DNA of 64,000 nucleotides from positions 14,284 to 78,283 of the forward strand of contig LCCP01000002.1 of NCBI GenBank assembly GCA_000997945.1, given 5' to 3'. The position numbers and the translations under genes were made by a program. This stretch comes from Parcubacteria group bacterium GW2011_GWC2_42_12 (GTDB taxonomy: Bacteria > Patescibacteriota > Patescibacteriia > Patescibacteriales > GWC2-42-12). The notes under the pieces are model-generated. The model saw only the letters and a list, made by a program, of their open reading frames with translations, was not told the DNA's origin and made no database searches. Positions 53,700-63,420 of the stretch are shown here, one piece after another; position 1 is the first letter of the stretch; every line of letters starts with the position of its first letter.

Positions 53700-56600
53700 A
53701 AAATCATTAAAAAAATTCTGTTGATTGTTTGCTTGCTGATAGCGGTTTTCACCGTGGCTCATTTTGCTTTGGCGCTTGATGTGGGTCTAGATGAAGTATC
53801 TTCGGAAATTGGTTTAGCAGTGGTTGATCCGAGAATCATCGTGGCTCGAGTTATAAATATTATATTGGGGTTTTTAGGTATTATCGCGGTTGGTTTAATT
53901 ATTTACGCCGGCTGGTTGTGGATGACGGCGGCCGGTAATGAAGAAAGAATCCAGCAGGCCAAGAAAATTTTAATTAACGCGGTTATTGGTTTAGTAATTA
54001 TTCTCTCCAGTTTCGCCATCGCCAGTTTTATTCTTTCTAGGTTAATAGCGGCGACTAGCGGCGGATCAGGTGGCGGCGCCTGTGGCGGCGGTTCAACCTG
54101 CGCTCCTGATCAGCACTGTTGCTGGGATGTTTGCGTGCCTATCACTACTCCTTGCGGATCAATACCGCCCCCCGATTCCAACTCTTTTAGAATTATTTCA
54201 ACTATACCGAGGAATTTAGACGCTGGCGCGATAAGAAATGTGGTGATTAAAGCTTTCTTTAATAAAGCCGCGGATACGGTTAATTTAGATACCAATTTCA
54301 GAGTGGAAAAAATCGCTGATATTGATCCGGTAACAGGAGAGCCAACAGATCCGGCAGATCCAGGCTTACCGGCAATAATTACTAACGCCAGCAGGGCATT
54401 TGCCAATGGCGGCCGGGTGGTTACTTTTAAAGATACCACTGCTTGCGGCGACGAAAAAAATACACCCAATTGCTTTGCCGCCTGGAGCAAATTCAAGGTA
54501 ACGATTAACGGTAGCGCTAATCCCCTTAACGGCGCTAACGGTTTATTCTCAATTGATAATAAACCTCTAAGTTGCAGCGCCGGCTCAATCTGCCAATTTG
54601 TCTTTTCCACTAATAATTTAATTGATGCCAGCGGGCCGCAGGCCGGCATAGTGCCGACGCAGATCTGTAAAACTGAAGTTGGAGTTCCCATGAAGTCAGA
54701 TGCTAATACTGTTACGGGCTGGGGCCGTGATGATGTAGGTATTTCAGGGCTAAGTTTTTATCAGCAAAAGTTAATTCCGCTTCCGGCCGGAACCGAAATT
54801 CAAGCGCTAGTTGTACCGGGTAACGAAGAAAAATATCAGTCAGTTGAACATACTTATCTTACTACCGGCATGACCGTGGGCGATACTTATAAATTGAGAG
54901 TGGAAGCCGTTGATCTGGCCGATCAATTGGCTTCTAGTGATTTTTCTACCACGATCAGACCAGGCCATTGTTGTAATGGCATAAAAGACGGTACGGAAAC
55001 TGACATAGATTGCGGCGGTGTTGGTTTAGATAGATGCGGCGCCTGCGATGGCGCGGCTTGCGCGACCGATATCTCTATACCGACTAATAACAATAACTGT
55101 AGTGCCAATAATAATTTATGCGCTTCGCAATTTTGCACCTCGCAAAATTCTGGTGTGACATCGTGCCAAGATGCTGGCTATGCGGCTGGCACTACCAATT
55201 GCTGTCTCTGCCAGCGCCCGCCGGTTATCACCGGAGTTTTTCCGGTCGGCGGTTTTTGTTCAAACGATAATAATAAGACATGTTTAATTAATGGTGATTG
55301 TGGTACAGGTAATACCTGTAATACGAATACGCCTAACGGCGCGGTTGGCAATTTTGTCACTATCGTGGGCAGGAATTTTGGCGCTAAGCCATCATCAGCT
55401 GGTTCGGGCGTATTTTTTAGCGGCACGACGGCGGGAACTTGGGTGAAAGCTACGCTGGCCGATGATGATAGTCTGGGTAATAGTCATTGTACGGATAATG
55501 TTTGGAGCGACGGACAAATTATTGCTATTGTACCGGCGGGGACGGCGGGTAATCCGATTAAGAATAATAGTCCGATTAATTTTTTCGTCAATACTATTTC
55601 TCGGCCCGGCATCTGCGAGCTTACTCCGAATAGTGGAAAGACGAATGATCTAATTACTTATTATGGCATTGAACTAACTGGTAATAAAGCTTACTTTGGC
55701 AATTGGACAGCCAGCACTTCAGCTCTAAGTTCAATATTCACAGACGCAAGCGGTAAGCAGGGAACCGCCCAAGTTTCCAATATTCAAACCGGCCGAACTA
55801 CCAGCTTTGTCGCTAAGGGATTGGTTTTTAGCAATTATTTAAGTTTTACCAAAGAGCCGGAGCCATATAGCGGACCGGTAATTTCTTCTTTTGATCCAAA
55901 GCAGGGTTCGGCCGGGCAATATGTAACTATAAGTGGCCGAGGTTTTGGTAATACTAAGGGAGCGAGTGAGGTTTATTTTGGCACCGTTGCTGAAGATAAA
56001 AAAGCTGGTTACAATTTTCCGGCAATTTGCGCTGATTCAATTTGGAGCGATAAGCAGGTAATAGTTAAGGTACCGGCGAAGCTAAGCGATCCGGAAGTTA
56101 GAGGAAGTTATAAAATATCCATGAAGATTGCTAAGGGTGGTGGCCAATACTGGGAGATTGATACCAACTCTTTAAATCCATCACAATTTGATTTTAATCC
56201 AGCTCTGCCACTCGCGCCGAGTTTATGTAAGATTGAACCGATCATGGGACAGACCAATAGTCCTATAAGTTTGTGGGGCGAGTATTTTGGAGTAAATAGC
56301 GAAGATTATAGCAAGGTTAGATTTCAACTTAATCATGATCAGGTCGGCGCGGCTGTTACTTCTTGGGGCGTGGATCCGGAAGCAGTGCCAGCAGGCACTA
56401 GAAAACCGGACAAAGCCGTGACTACGGTTCATCAGGATACCGTAACCGGACCGGTTAAGGCGGTTAAGACCGAGGTAATTCAGGGCACTGCCAAGGAGTT
56501 AATAGGCAATGGTTTGAATTTTACGGTTGGCGTTTGCCAGAATACGGCAGAATGCGGTTCAGAAAGTTTATGTTGTTCGATCGGTACGCCTTACGCCGGA

Positions 56601-59600
56601 CAATGCAAAGCTGGTGCTGACGCGCAAACAGTTTGTTTCCCGGAAATAAAATCTTGCGTTTATGAGTGGAATTTTAGTACTTTGGGCAAGACACAATGTT
56701 TAGCAACTCAGACTGTGTGCGGACGTTCTTGCTGTGCTCCAGGCGATGTCTGCGTTGATCCGAACGGCAATAACGGTAACGGCAGGTGTGATAGCATAAA
56801 TTGTCCAAATGGTGTCACCTGCGGTAATAATTGTTGTACAGTCAGGGCTATTTGTAGCGATGGGTTATGTTCATCTCCTCAAGTTTGCGCAGCTGGTCAG
56901 GTATCCTGTAACATTCCAGGCGCGCCAGCCGGCACCCCGCCGAATTGTTGCAATAACGGTCAATGCAATCAGTATACCGGCCAGTGCGATAGTTGCCCGC
57001 CGAACCAACCCGATCAATGCGGCGACGGCAGTTGCTGTAGTGATACGGCTAATTGTCGAGATATTGATAACAATCCAGCCACCACACTAACTGTTTGCGC
57101 TGATCCAGAATCCTGTTCCGGCTATGGCGGCGCGACCCAGGGTTGCTATGGCCAACTGTGCCCGAACTCGCCGGGTAGTTGTTCAACCAGGCCGGCGCAG
57201 ACAAACGTTGATACTGGTGTAAGTTGCGGTAATGATGCTTGCTTAGCCATAAGCCAATGCCGAGGCGCGGCTGTTGGGCAAAATTTGTGTTCCTATAATG
57301 CAAGCTTTAATAAGTGTCAGAAAATTTCTGACATTTGCAGTTTATCAAGGCCATTATCAGGGAACGCAAGTGTCACAGAAAAATGCGGTACGGTTGATAA
57401 TAAAAATGTTTGGTATTATGACAGCAATCAAACCTGCGTTAGCGGTTATACCAAAAGTATTGATAGAAGCAAATGTTTGGGCGCGGCTTGCAATATTTGC
57501 TCAACCGGTTTTAGTTGCCAGTCAGACGGTGGAGCCGGAATTTGCGTTACTAATGCAAATATTTGTCCGGTTAGTTCAATTTGCAATGCCAGTGGTAGAT
57601 GTATTAAAACCGACAACGCCGCTTGCGAATGCTGTTGTGATATAACACAAAACGATAGTACCAACGGTAATAATCCCGGCTGTTGTACCGGTCTTAGCTG
57701 TGGTGGCACTTGCGGCGCAGATACTAGTTTAACTGACGGTCCTGGCGGTAGTAGTAATATAGGGTTGGGCCAATGCACCGGCTGTACTAATGCGGGTTCG
57801 GATCAAGCCGCTCGTAACGCGGCTTGCAACTGTTTGGGTACCAGCGGAAAATTTTGCGATACGGCCGGCGCGGGCGGTAAGGGAGTTTGTAAAGATTGCG
57901 CGCAACTATCAACCGCTGGTTTATGTTCAGGTTTAGGCGCAGGCACCTGCTGTGTTGATGCCAAAAACAGTAATGCTTGCCGCAAAAATACGGCATACAA
58001 TGCCTCTGGAGGGCCGGTTTATGCTACCGGCGCGACAGGAGATGCAAATAATTATTGCGCTTATTATAATTGCGGTACCGGCAGTTCGGCCAATCAGTGC
58101 CAAGCCGCGCCGTTAAAAAACGGTAATTATAAAACAACCACTTGTGATAACAAATGCGCTTTTCCGCCGCGATTCGGCCAGGAGTGCGTCAAGATTTTGC
58201 CAGCGCCAGCCGCGCCGCAATGCGATAATAGCATCTGCGCCGGTTTTTCTTGCTTAAACGATACATATCCAACCGTCTTGACGCCACCCAATAATTGCGG
58301 TATTTGCTGTTGCGATCCGAATGCCGTGACCGATCAATGTAGCGCTATTAATGATAAATTGTCTTGTATAAAAAATAAAGGGTTATGCGCGGGCGCTAAC
58401 CGCGGTTTGTGTTGCGGCTGTTCTAAAGATAGCGAGTGCGGCGATGCGGCCACGGCCGGTTGCGGATCTGACACTTGCTGCCAGGCCAGGCCAAGTGTTA
58501 TTTCTACCGTACCGGCTAATGGAGCGACTAATATTTGCCGCAACACCATGATTAAAGCTACTTTTAATCAGGCCATGCAGATAGGTACTTTGGCCGGCAA
58601 TGTTATCGTGGCCGGTGATTATGGCGCCAGCCAATGCCCGGCCGGCACCGAGTATTTAACCGCTGTTTATAAACCTACTATTCTAGCTAGGGTAAAATCA
58701 TTTTTATCTAAACTGCCGTTGGTTAATAAATTATTCGCTTCTGACGCCTGGGCGCTGCCGGGAAATTTCTGTACTGTTTTGGGCTCGGCCAGCGGCTATA
58801 TTAGAACCGGCGCAAGCGGAGTCGAAACAACCATTATGGAATTTAAATTACAAAAAGCGCTAGAGCCGAATCAGAAATATTATGTTATAATAAAAGGAGA
58901 TTCTGATTTAACCGACGCGGTAAATAACGGAGTTTTAAGCCAAGCTGGCGTTGGCATGAACGGGCAAGGTTATAATTCTGTGAATCCGGCCATCTTCAAC
59001 GGCTTATCTTTTGTTAATGCTAAAATTTGGTCATTTACAACTAAAGCCAGCGCCAGTTCTGACAGCGGCATTTGCCAAGTGGATTCAGTTTCAATCATTC
59101 CGTCAAGTTATTTATTTAAGACGGCGGCAAGCGAAAAGATTTTTCAAGCCACAGCTTATTCGGCGGACGGGCAACCGATCACGCGGCTTCCGGCCGTATA
59201 TAACTGGCGATGGGACTGGACGGTTGATAATCAAGCAGTAGTAAAATTTAAGGAGGGAGTAGCAGCGGCTGATAATTCCGAACAAACCTTAGTGGCCCAG
59301 AACATTAAAGATGCCAATACTTTACTTCATGCCAAAACTACTATTACTCAAGACGCAATTGGTTCAACTATGGGCGCGACCGAAGAAGCCGCGGCGCAGA
59401 TTTATGTATTTTTATGCGCTAATCCTTGGCCGCTTTTTAAAGATGACGGTTCTTGGGAGCCGTGGCGCGACTCGTCTAACTGCAACGTTCCTGGCACCGC
59501 TGGCACCGGTTGTCCAGATACTGGTTTTGAATTATATTATTGCCGCGATGCCGGCGGCGAAGGAACGGCTGATGATTTGCCGGCGATTTTAAGCAATACG

Positions 59601-60989
59601 ACGGTTATTAGAGGCACAAATTTAAAATGCAGGAGTAATAATTTAAATTGTGATGATGGGGCTGGCAGTTGCGCAAGCAAGGTTAAGGGCGATACTTGTG
59701 GTGACGGTAGCGGCAAATGCGATTATAATGTAATTGGTAGCTGTTCAGTAGACGCGGCCGTCGATAGCGCTTGTGGCAGTGGTACCTGCCAAGTTGATCT
59801 TTTAAAAGAATTATATTTTTTCCGAGAGAGCTTGCCTAATGTAACCGGTATAACTTTAGCCACTACGACTAATGATGAGATTAAAAAGGGCGGCAAGGCG
59901 GGACTGACTTGGTCGGCAATTATACTACCTACTGTACCGCCAATACCAGTTTTAGATAAATATAAAGTTTACTATGGCACGGCTAGCGGTAATTATACTG
60001 ATTCAATTGACGCTGGTACGGCTACCAGCAAAGAAATAAGCGGTTTAACCAATGGCAGAAAATATTATTTTGCGGTTACGGCTAAATATAAAAGTGGAGC
60101 TGAAAGCGCTTATTCAAATGAAACCACGGCGATTCCGGCCGATACTACCGCGCCGGCCGTGCCAAGCATTTTATGGGTTTTACCCACGACCGATTCCACG
60201 GCGACTATTGGCTGGCGGTCCAATAGCGACGACACGGTCAATTATAAAGCATATTATGGCGCGTCTAAAGATTCAGCCGGCGCAATCATATATGGCGCGT
60301 CTATAAATGTGAATAAAAGTAAATGCTTTGGCCCCGGCTGCATGGCAACTATTACTAATTTAAATCCAGGCACAACTTATTATTTCGCGGTTGCCGCTTT
60401 AGACGCGGCAGCCAATAAAAGCGCCACATCCATAGAAAAAAGTTTGAAGATGGTTTTGGCGTCCAGGGCCAAAGATTTGGCCCAGCTGGCAGCGGGCTTC
60501 TACCGTTATGCCGGCGAGCATGGCGGCGCGTTTCCTAACTATGGAGCCTCTTGCCTCGGAGTTCCCACAGAACAAAGATGTTGGAATGGCTATGTAACAA
60601 ATTTAAGATGCAGCGACAATAGCGGCAACTGCGTAGACATAGTTAAAGGTCAACCCTGTAGCGATGGCAACGGCATATGTACTAACATCGCTGGCATATC
60701 TGGCAACACAGCCCTTAATAACGCGCTTGCTCCCTATATCTCTAAAATTCCCTTTGATCCTAAAAAACCCAGAAGCGTCGGCGATGCCTATATATATTTT
60801 CAAGGGAATGCTGATATTAACTGTTATGAGGCAACCAGGGAATCTGGAGCTTGGATCGTCTGGGAGCCGGATAGATTATTTTATACAAATGATCGAGACG
60901 ATTCTTTTTGCGGATTAAATAGCCGGACAGCGTGTTGCAGCGCGCTTGGTTGTAGCGCTAACTCGTTTTGCGTTTTTAAAATGAATTAA
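53694..60989 (+). CDS. giant secreted Cys-rich surface protein (2431 aa): VirB2/TrbC-like N-terminal module, Cys-knot-like repeats, IPT/TIG domains, two Fn3 domains, C-terminal type-IV-pilin-like globular domain
   Basis: N-term VINIILGFLGIIAVGLIIYAGWLWMTAAGNEERIQQAKKILINAVIGLVIILSSFAIASFIL; IPT/TIG-like PVITGVFPVGG...GNFVTIVGRNFG and PVISSFDPKQGSAGQYVTISGRGFG; Fn3-like KYKVYYGTASGNYT...NGRKYYFAVTAKY; C-term SRAKDLAQLAAGFYRYAGEHGGAFPN (pilin-like R..DL..L...Y...G.YP) followed by Cys pairs; >200 Cys. Confidence 0.6.
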   Translation: MTKIIKKILLIVCLLIAVFTVAHFALALDVGLDEVSSEIGLAVVDPRIIVARVINIILGFLGIIAVGLIIYAGWLWMTAAGNEERIQQAKKILINAVIGLVIILSSFAIASFILSRLIAATSGGSGGGACGGGSTCAPDQHCCWDVCVPITTPCGSIPPPDSNSFRIISTIPRNLDAGAIRNVVIKAFFNKAADTVNLDTNFRVEKIADIDPVTGEPTDPADPGLPAIITNASRAFANGGRVVTFKDTTACGDEKNTPNCFAAWSKFKVTINGSANPLNGANGLFSIDNKPLSCSAGSICQFVFSTNNLIDASGPQAGIVPTQICKTEVGVPMKSDANTVTGWGRDDVGISGLSFYQQKLIPLPAGTEIQALVVPGNEEKYQSVEHTYLTTGMTVGDTYKLRVEAVDLADQLASSDFSTTIRPGHCCNGIKDGTETDIDCGGVGLDRCGACDGAACATDISIPTNNNNCSANNNLCASQFCTSQNSGVTSCQDAGYAAGTTNCCLCQRPPVITGVFPVGGFCSNDNNKTCLINGDCGTGNTCNTNTPNGAVGNFVTIVGRNFGAKPSSAGSGVFFSGTTAGTWVKATLADDDSLGNSHCTDNVWSDGQIIAIVPAGTAGNPIKNNSPINFFVNTISRPGICELTPNSGKTNDLITYYGIELTGNKAYFGNWTASTSALSSIFTDASGKQGTAQVSNIQTGRTTSFVAKGLVFSNYLSFTKEPEPYSGPVISSFDPKQGSAGQYVTISGRGFGNTKGASEVYFGTVAEDKKAGYNFPAICADSIWSDKQVIVKVPAKLSDPEVRGSYKISMKIAKGGGQYWEIDTNSLNPSQFDFNPALPLAPSLCKIEPIMGQTNSPISLWGEYFGVNSEDYSKVRFQLNHDQVGAAVTSWGVDPEAVPAGTRKPDKAVTTVHQDTVTGPVKAVKTEVIQGTAKELIGNGLNFTVGVCQNTAECGSESLCCSIGTPYAGQCKAGADAQTVCFPEIKSCVYEWNFSTLGKTQCLATQTVCGRSCCAPGDVCVDPNGNNGNGRCDSINCPNGVTCGNNCCTVRAICSDGLCSSPQVCAAGQVSCNIPGAPAGTPPNCCNNGQCNQYTGQCDSCPPNQPDQCGDGSCCSDTANCRDIDNNPATTLTVCADPESCSGYGGATQGCYGQLCPNSPGSCSTRPAQTNVDTGVSCGNDACLAISQCRGAAVGQNLCSYNASFNKCQKISDICSLSRPLSGNASVTEKCGTVDNKNVWYYDSNQTCVSGYTKSIDRSKCLGAACNICSTGFSCQSDGGAGICVTNANICPVSSICNASGRCIKTDNAACECCCDITQNDSTNGNNPGCCTGLSCGGTCGADTSLTDGPGGSSNIGLGQCTGCTNAGSDQAARNAACNCLGTSGKFCDTAGAGGKGVCKDCAQLSTAGLCSGLGAGTCCVDAKNSNACRKNTAYNASGGPVYATGATGDANNYCAYYNCGTGSSANQCQAAPLKNGNYKTTTCDNKCAFPPRFGQECVKILPAPAAPQCDNSICAGFSCLNDTYPTVLTPPNNCGICCCDPNAVTDQCSAINDKLSCIKNKGLCAGANRGLCCGCSKDSECGDAATAGCGSDTCCQARPSVISTVPANGATNICRNTMIKATFNQAMQIGTLAGNVIVAGDYGASQCPAGTEYLTAVYKPTILARVKSFLSKLPLVNKLFASDAWALPGNFCTVLGSASGYIRTGASGVETTIMEFKLQKALEPNQKYYVIIKGDSDLTDAVNNGVLSQAGVGMNGQGYNSVNPAIFNGLSFVNAKIWSFTTKASASSDSGICQVDSVSIIPSSYLFKTAASEKIFQATAYSADGQPITRLPAVYNWRWDWTVDNQAVVKFKEGVAAADNSEQTLVAQNIKDANTLLHAKTTITQDAIGSTMGATEEAAAQIYVFLCANPWPLFKDDGSWEPWRDSSNCNVPGTAGTGCPDTGFELYYCRDAGGEGTADDLPAILSNTTVIRGTNLKCRSNNLNCDDGAGSCASKVKGDTCGDGSGKCDYNVIGSCSVDAAVDSACGSGTCQVDLLKELYFFRESLPNVTGITLATTTNDEIKKGGKAGLTWSAIILPTVPPIPVLDKYKVYYGTASGNYTDSIDAGTATSKEISGLTNGRKYYFAVTAKYKSGAESAYSNETTAIPADTTAPAVPSILWVLPTTDSTATIGWRSNSDDTVNYKAYYGASKDSAGAIIYGASINVNKSKCFGPGCMATITNLNPGTTYYFAVAALDAAANKSATSIEKSLKMVLASRAKDLAQLAAGFYRYAGEHGGAFPNYGASCLGVPTEQRCWNGYVTNLRCSDNSGNCVDIVKGQPCSDGNGICTNIAGISGNTALNNALAPYISKIPFDPKKPRSVGDAYIYFQGNADINCYEATRESGAWIVWEPDRLFYTNDRDDSFCGLNSRTACCSALGCSANSFCVFKMN

Positions 60990-61055
60990 CTTTAATAGTT
61001 TGATCATTGGCGGAATAATAAGATTATTAAAATTATTATTAATAAAATAAATTTT

Positions 61056-61721
61056 ATGTTTGACGAACTAAAGAATAACCAAGCCGTACCGCCGGTTAAT
61101 CAGAGACCCTTAAGCGCGCCGCTAGCTCCGGCCGCGCCGGTCAGGGCTGAAGATATTTTCGCAGAAGTTGATAAGACCGCTAAACCGGAAGTTTTTAGGC
61201 CGAATTCGAGCGATCCTAACTCGCCCCGCGGCACCGTCATACCGCCGGAAACCGGTTGGAAAAAAAATAAGATGGCAGTCCTTGGTTTGTTGTTTGGCGG
61301 TTTGATAGTGGTCGTGGGCGGAGGCTATCTCGGCTTAAAATTAGCGACTACGAGGCCGGAGATTGATAACTCAACTATTATTCAGGAGCAACCTGGAAAC
61401 ACCGAAGTGGAAACGGCGACGCCAGCGCCGGCCGCCGAAGTTGATAATACGGCTGCTCCGATAATTCAGCAACCGGCCGCCGCCGTGGTTTTGGACAGCG
61501 ACCTTGATGGCTTGGCTGACGCGGAAGAAGCAACCTTTGGCACCGATATCAATAATTCCGATACTGATCAGGACGGCTTAACGGACCGGGAAGAGGCCAG
61601 AGTTTATCGGACTGATCCGTTAAATCCGGATACTGACGGCGATGGCTTTAAGGATGGCGACGAAATTAATAATGGCTATAATCCTAAGGGCGCGGGGAAA
61701 CTGTTGGAGATAAATAAATAA
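61056..61721 (+). CDS. membrane-anchored protein with thrombospondin-type-3-like calcium-binding repeats
   Basis: Pro/Ala-rich N-terminus, one TM, DSDLDGLADAEE, DTDQDGLTDREE, DTDGDGFKDGDE (DxDxDGxxDxxE). Confidence 0.5.
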   Translation: MFDELKNNQAVPPVNQRPLSAPLAPAAPVRAEDIFAEVDKTAKPEVFRPNSSDPNSPRGTVIPPETGWKKNKMAVLGLLFGGLIVVVGGGYLGLKLATTRPEIDNSTIIQEQPGNTEVETATPAPAAEVDNTAAPIIQQPAAAVVLDSDLDGLADAEEATFGTDINNSDTDQDGLTDREEARVYRTDPLNPDTDGDGFKDGDEINNGYNPKGAGKLLEINK

Positions 61722-61822
61722 AGCCCCTTTAATAAAGGGGCGGCTCCGACCGCAAGGGAGGAGCGGGGATTTAAAAATGTGAAAAAGCATAAATCCTCCT
61801 AACCCCCTTTGTTAAAGGGGAC
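61722..61822. repeat. intergenic cluster of GC-rich short palindromic elements
   Basis: GCCCCTTTAATAAAGGGGC (61722..61744), GGGAGGAGCGGGG, and TCCTCCTAACCCCCTTTGTTAAAGGGGAC (61794..61822). Confidence 0.55.
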
Positions 61823-61832
61823 ATTATAGAAT

Positions 61833-62855
61833 ATGTTTAATCCTTTAAATTTTTTTAAGAAAAAATTAGCCGAATCGCCGGATTCTCTAAACAAACCAGC
61901 TGAGCCGGTCGTAGAAAAGCAAGTTCAAATTGATGATATTGCCATTCATACTATGCCGGAACGTTTCCGCCATCAGCCAAAAAAGGCGGATAGCGCCAAA
62001 ATCACCGGTTTATTGATTATTGGCGGCGGCGTAGTCATTTTAATTTTAGTTTCAACGGGGTTATATTTTTATTTATTTAAGACGCCAACCGTTACCGTTA
62101 AAGAGGAGCCGTCGACAGCCACGGTCACTCCGGCCAGCGAAAATCAAGTCCAGTCGGAAATTGATCAAAATACGGCCAGTTTAGGGACTTTAACCGCCAC
62201 GACAACTGAACCGACCGTGTTGCCGACTGACGATGATTTAGCCGCGGGAACCGCCAGCAGCGCTCCGGAGACGATTGAACAAGAATTAACCGTTGGTTTA
62301 ACGCCCGGATTGGATAGTGATAACGACGGTTTGACTGACGCGGCAGAAATTATTTTAAGCGCCAGCACTTCGACTCCGGATACTGACGGCGATGGTTATC
62401 TTGATGGCGCCGAATTGTTAAATCTGTATGATCCGGCCGGTTTGGGTAGATTAGCAACTAATCCTAATATCGCGCTTTATGATAATAAAACTTTTAATTA
62501 TACCGCGCTTTATCCGAGCGCTTGGCAAATATCCGTTAACGGCGGCGATGATTCAATCATGTTTAAAGCCGCCGGCAATCAGCTTTTGCAAATTATCGTT
62601 CAAGCCAATACGAGCCAACAGTCGCTTGACCAATGGTATATGGATCAGCTTGGCGCGATTACCATAAATGAGCCGGACAGAGTTTTCGGCGCCAATTGGC
62701 AAGGCATAAAAAGTTTAGACGGCCTGACTTTGTATTTAATGGACCCAAATCAAAAATACATTTTCACTCTGGCCTATAATCCGGGAGAAAATAATATTTT
62801 AGAATACATTAATATTTTTAACATGATGATTAAGTCTTTTAGCTTGAAAGAGTAG
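61833..62855 (+). CDS. membrane-anchored protein with thrombospondin-type-3-like calcium-binding repeats
   Basis: One TM (LLIIGGGVVILILVSTGLYFYLF), DSDNDGLTDAAE, DTDGDGYLDGAE motifs, C-terminal ~150-aa domain. Confidence 0.5.
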   Translation: MFNPLNFFKKKLAESPDSLNKPAEPVVEKQVQIDDIAIHTMPERFRHQPKKADSAKITGLLIIGGGVVILILVSTGLYFYLFKTPTVTVKEEPSTATVTPASENQVQSEIDQNTASLGTLTATTTEPTVLPTDDDLAAGTASSAPETIEQELTVGLTPGLDSDNDGLTDAAEIILSASTSTPDTDGDGYLDGAELLNLYDPAGLGRLATNPNIALYDNKTFNYTALYPSAWQISVNGGDDSIMFKAAGNQLLQIIVQANTSQQSLDQWYMDQLGAITINEPDRVFGANWQGIKSLDGLTLYLMDPNQKYIFTLAYNPGENNILEYINIFNMMIKSFSLKE

Positions 62856-62861
62856 CCATCT

Positions 62862-63302
62862 ATGGGAAAGATTGAAATCAACAACCGGTTAAACCGCAAA
62901 ATAGATTTAAAGCTGGTTAAACGGGTGGCGGTTGAATTCGCGCGCGTTTATAAAATAGAAGATAAAGAAATTTCCCTGGCTTTTGTCGGCGATGCCGAAA
63001 TTAAAAAAATCAATCAAGCTTATCGCGGACTGAAGGAGCCGACCGATGTTTTATCTTTCGCTGGAGCAGGGGATTATTTTGGGGAGATTATTATTGATTA
63101 TAGTCAAATCAAACGGCAGGCCGGTAAATTTAACCATAGCGCTAAACAAGAAATGATTTTTATTTTAGTCCATGGCTTACTGCATCTCTTGGGGCATGAT
63201 GATAAGACGGAAGCGGACCGATTAAAGATGATAGAGCTGGGCCAGAAATTTATATGTCATTGCGAGCGTAAGCGAAGCAATCTCACGAACGGCAAAGAAT
63301 AG
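62862..63302 (+). CDS. ybeY: endoribonuclease YbeY; the last ~17 codons are supplied by repeat copy Q
   Basis: HGLLHLLGHDD (H-x-x-x-H-x-x-x-x-x-H zinc motif); C-terminus ...KFICHCERKRSNLTNGKE reads through TGTCATTGCGAGCG. Confidence 0.85.
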   Translation: MGKIEINNRLNRKIDLKLVKRVAVEFARVYKIEDKEISLAFVGDAEIKKINQAYRGLKEPTDVLSFAGAGDYFGEIIIDYSQIKRQAGKFNHSAKQEMIFILVHGLLHLLGHDDKTEADRLKMIELGQKFICHCERKRSNLTNGKE

Positions 63303-63409
63303 TTATAATATAATAGTAGCGAGATTTAATGAAATATAGTCATGCGTGAGATTGCCTGCCTACCGGTAGGCAGGCTTCGTCGCTCGAGTACGAGCTCCTC
63401 GCAATGACA
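63255..63409. repeat. MITE-like nested-palindromic repeat, subtype 2, copy Q
   Basis: TGTCATTGCGAGCGTAAGCGAAGCAATCTCACGAACGGCAAAGAATAGTTATAATATAATAGTAGCGAGATTTAATGAAATATAGTCATGCGTGAGATTGCCTGCCTACCGGTAGGCAGGCTTCGTCGCTCGAGTACGAGCTCCTCGCAATGACA. Confidence 0.75.
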
Positions 63410-63420
63410 ATCAGAGTTTT

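Noticed and set aside
11318-63409. CRISPR-like interpretation of the TGTCATTGCGAG repeats
   Set aside because: Copies are dispersed singly across the window, are internally palindromic with variable centres, and are not arrayed with unique spacers.
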